A stretch of DNA of 63,986 bases, filler included, from Dimargaris cristalligena (lineage: Eukaryota): the NCBI GenBank assembly GCA_003614675.1. It is 3 parts of 3 records of this genome, joined end to end, with 100 filler letters (N's around TTAATTAATTAA, not from the genome) between each part and the next. Parts side by side here need not be neighbours in the genome. Positions count along the whole stretch, not along the records: positions 43,922 to 63,986 come from ML002707.1; 2 more parts are not named here. The stretch is one strand, 5' to 3'. Positions within the stretch are counted from its first letter, which is position 1. The number at the start of each line of letters is the position of its first letter. This document shows positions 61,210-63,986 of this stretch, one piece after another. Below the pieces are notes generated by a model that had not been told where the DNA came from, did not search any database, and saw nothing but the letters and a program-made list of their open reading frames with translations. Both the position numbers and the translations under genes were made by a program.

Positions 61210-63643
61210 ATTGGTAATGGGAATATCGTCGGGAAATTAAAGGTCTACGATAGTTGGTGAGCGTAGATTAAAAAAATGGCCGGCAGAGAAGCAATACCGA
61301 CAGTATAATCACCTGGGGAACGGGGTTAAGCAGTATATCGAGCAGCAAGACGTGACAAGGAAATTAAAATGTAGAATAACGGCAACACAGGGGAAGTGGT
61401 AATATAGCTGGATGAGTAGATGGTCGTATAAACAATAAAGGGAGATATATGGAACGGGGTCAATCACCTGGTGAGTAATGGGTGACTGTTATTGTATGAT
61501 AGTCGATAAAGGTGGGCGAGAGCAAGGTATATATATATACCCCCAGGACCACTAAGCAAAAGGTAGTAATGAAGAAACGGGGTATCTATGGCGAAGGAAA
61601 AGGGGGTGGGGTTTGAAAAAAGGGGGGAGGCAACAAAGCCATGGCCAGGCCATCTTGCTCATCAATGGCCTTCGCATTTGTGTTCATTGGTCCAACGAAT
61701 ATTCAGATTCTTATTGGTGGGTGAGGCCAGTTAGGGACGGCTTCTCTCTCTCTCTCACTCTCCTCTATAGCATACACCACCTTGGCAGGCTGTTTCCTTT
61801 TCTCCAAGAGTGGGCATGATAAAGGGCGAGTGGGCTGGGCAAGCCTCACCCACTTGGGACCTTCCTTGTGTGGAAGCGAAATGGATGGACCTACTGTCAC
61901 CCGTGTCTGTGGCAGGCCAGTCCAGCGGGATTTACCAAGTGAAATGACCACCACTATCGACCCAAAAAGCACATTATATCCACCGTCGACGGGGGGTACT
62001 ATGTCGGTGAAGACTTTTTCAACCAGACTAATATATAAAATGGGACTCATCATGCTTAGATTAACTAGACCCGCCCGGCTGGATTAGGCCTGTCCGATCC
62101 TATTGGGAGGGTACGGGGCAGTGCGGCCTGAGCCCATTTTTTTAAAAAAACTACCGGTAAGAGTAAGAGGGAGGGCAAGTCCCGAGCTATCGACGAGGCT
62201 TCCTACCCATGGAAAGTTCGAAGGCCTGGCGCTTCCCAAACCATCCGTCGCTGCTTTGGGACAAGGGAAGTTGAGGAGCGAAGCAACTGGCTGGTTAAGG
62301 TCCCGGGTCAAGGTCCTTCGATGGAAGGTTCGCTGCATCCCAACCATCTACCGATGGTTTAATCTACACTATTATGAATGTCGATACATTTATCCGATTC
62401 GACAACTTCGCCTACTGTGAAGGAAAATACGTGATGGATGAGCGTAGCGGTGCTGACCAACGGGGGGGGGGGTGTTACTTCCATTACCCCGAACCTTATG
62501 AGCTAGAGTCGAAATCGCTAACCCAGCGATCCCGTTGGAGTGCCCCCATACAATCCAGCAAGGAAAATTGGCTGCTGAATCCGAACCATGGACGTTTGAC
62601 AGGTGGACAATTACCGCTGTCTGACAATAACGACCCACCGAACCTTCCCCCCTATAATAATGGCTCGTTGGCTTTGGCACAATAGTTTTTCGCCCTACAA
62701 TAATCCATCCTTTTACAGCCAGGATATCCATTTTCGTCTATATCAAGTAGACGGGGAAGTTTGACAATCGGAACGTAATGGATGGACAAAGGTTGAAAAT
62801 TGTCACTGCCAACGGGATCAGTTCATGCCCAAAATTATTAGAATACATCACCAACTTTGACTTTAAGCCATGAGTGGTATATAATTGTTCTAGAACAACT
62901 TCCCCTACTAGAACACAAATCTCACCCGCGAACATCCTTGCAGCCACCCTAACAATGTCACTTTCTCTATTTTCCGTTAGTCACCCCTTTGGGGTGGAGA
63001 AGAGGGTGGCAGAGTTAGGGAGGGAATGGGGAGGAGATAATTAAAAGGGTCCTGTATAAAGTATCGCCACCCCATCGATACAGTCCGATAAGGCCTTTTC
63101 CTCAACTGCAGTTCCCTGCAACTAAAATAGGTGAACGTGTGTAGGACGACGCACCCACACCCACACACATGTACTCTCCCTCTCTTTCACCAGACAATAG
63201 CGCAAAGCTTGGCCAACTCGCGTACGACGGTTGCCCAGTGCTACCTAGCTGGTAGGGTTTGAGTCACCCGTGTGTGGGCTACAAGGGTAGTATGATAGCC
63301 GTTGCCGCCTACCATACGGCTGGCATTACCCATGTACCACCCGGCCGGCTGGTGATGGTTGGTGGTATTCGTCACCCACTGCTACTGTTGCTTTTTTTTC
63401 TCTTTCTTTTACTGCTAAACTGGTGAACCGTTCAGCAGAAACTTCTTTTTAGTAGCATATCCCAGCCGGTCGCGCCTGTTCTTCCCAAAAAAGAAAGCCA
63501 CATTATGCATGTTGGTATTTGGAAATAGTAGACAAAACTGCGCGTCATTTTCACAGTGGCAGTCAAGTTTTGCATCACAGAGGAAAATGTGCGAAATAAT
63601 CAAATTCCGGCTAAATAATTATCCCAGTGAATGACTTCAGATG

Positions 63644-63649
63644 AAAAAA
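63644..63649 (-). terminator. RNA polymerase III terminator (T6) for the tRNA-Ala gene
   Basis: A6 on the + strand, i.e. TTTTTT about 10 nt 3' of the tRNA on the minus strand. Confidence 0.7.
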
Positions 63650-63659
63650 GAAACAGATG

Positions 63660-63732
63660 TGGAGAACGGGGGTATCGATCCCCCTGCCTCACGCATGCGA
63701 AGCGCGCGCTCTACCATTTGAGCTAGTTCCCC
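63660..63732 (-). tRNA. tRNA-Ala (anticodon CGC), intronless, 73 nt
   Basis: GGGGAACTAGCTCAAATGGTAGAGCGCGCGCTTCGCATGCGTGAGGCAGGGGGATCGATACCCCCGTTCTCCA folds as a cloverleaf with the G3:U70 Ala identity pair and anticodon loop TT-CGC-AT. Confidence 0.96.
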
Positions 63733-63986
63733 CATCTTGTTTTTGTTTGCTTCATTTTTATGTAGCTAAATTTTTGGCTACTCGTTTTCGAACCGTTCAC
63801 GACTATCCATCCATCGATTTCGACCCTTCGGGCACCCGCAAGACTGCCCGGAACGACGCCCCGACTGTCCGACCCGTCCACCAGAACGACGATTACGTGG
63901 ACACCCCGACGATCTATTGAACATTCCGCCGATTCTGTGAACATTTCGAAATTCGCATCTCAGATCTGAGATCTCATTCGAATTTC

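Noticed and set aside
61600..63600. Short ORFs between the carbonic anhydrase and the tRNA
   Set aside because: No domain similarity and no consistent exon chain; treated as intergenic.
63660..63690. tRNA T-loop reading ATCGATA rather than TTCGA
   Set aside because: A54 is a known feature of many eukaryotic tRNA-Ala genes.

Overview
Eukaryotic, intron-containing genomic DNA from an early-diverging fungus (GT-AG introns, GC-rich exons, fungal-type gene families). The gene content and secreted-protein style suggest a zoopagomycete such as the mycoparasite Dimargaris; this is inference only. Two 100-nt N-gaps carry a TTAATTAATTAA linker (21921-22020, 43822-43921), so adjacency across them is not guaranteed. 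Housekeeping genes: class-3 lipase, MsrB, MptpB-like tyrosine phosphatase, Mak21/Noc1, haspin, CCDC47, a 6PF2K/FBPase-like protein, uL10m, plant-type Pex22, a tandem-PH protein, a Sas4/PEHE-like protein, two ankyrin proteins, a beta-carbonic anhydrase and tRNA-Ala(CGC). An 8-exon Mtf1/TFB-family gene that the ORF track misses was reconstructed by hand. A gene-sparse compartment at about 5.4-16.6 kb holds CpG-free, transition-riddled repeat relics and candidate secreted effectors. Most interesting: (1) an F-box/WD40 protein ending in an ASXL-like HARE-HTH DNA-binding domain, a possible SCF adaptor that reads (modified) DNA; (2) a protein combining a signal peptide with an F-box, a candidate host-SCF-hijacking effector; (3) repeat-restricted C-to-T hypermutation; (4) a secreted peptide with Kex2 sites and a bipartite NLS; (5) a signal-peptide-bearing beta-carbonic anhydrase. 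All family assignments are from motif recognition by eye, not database searches.
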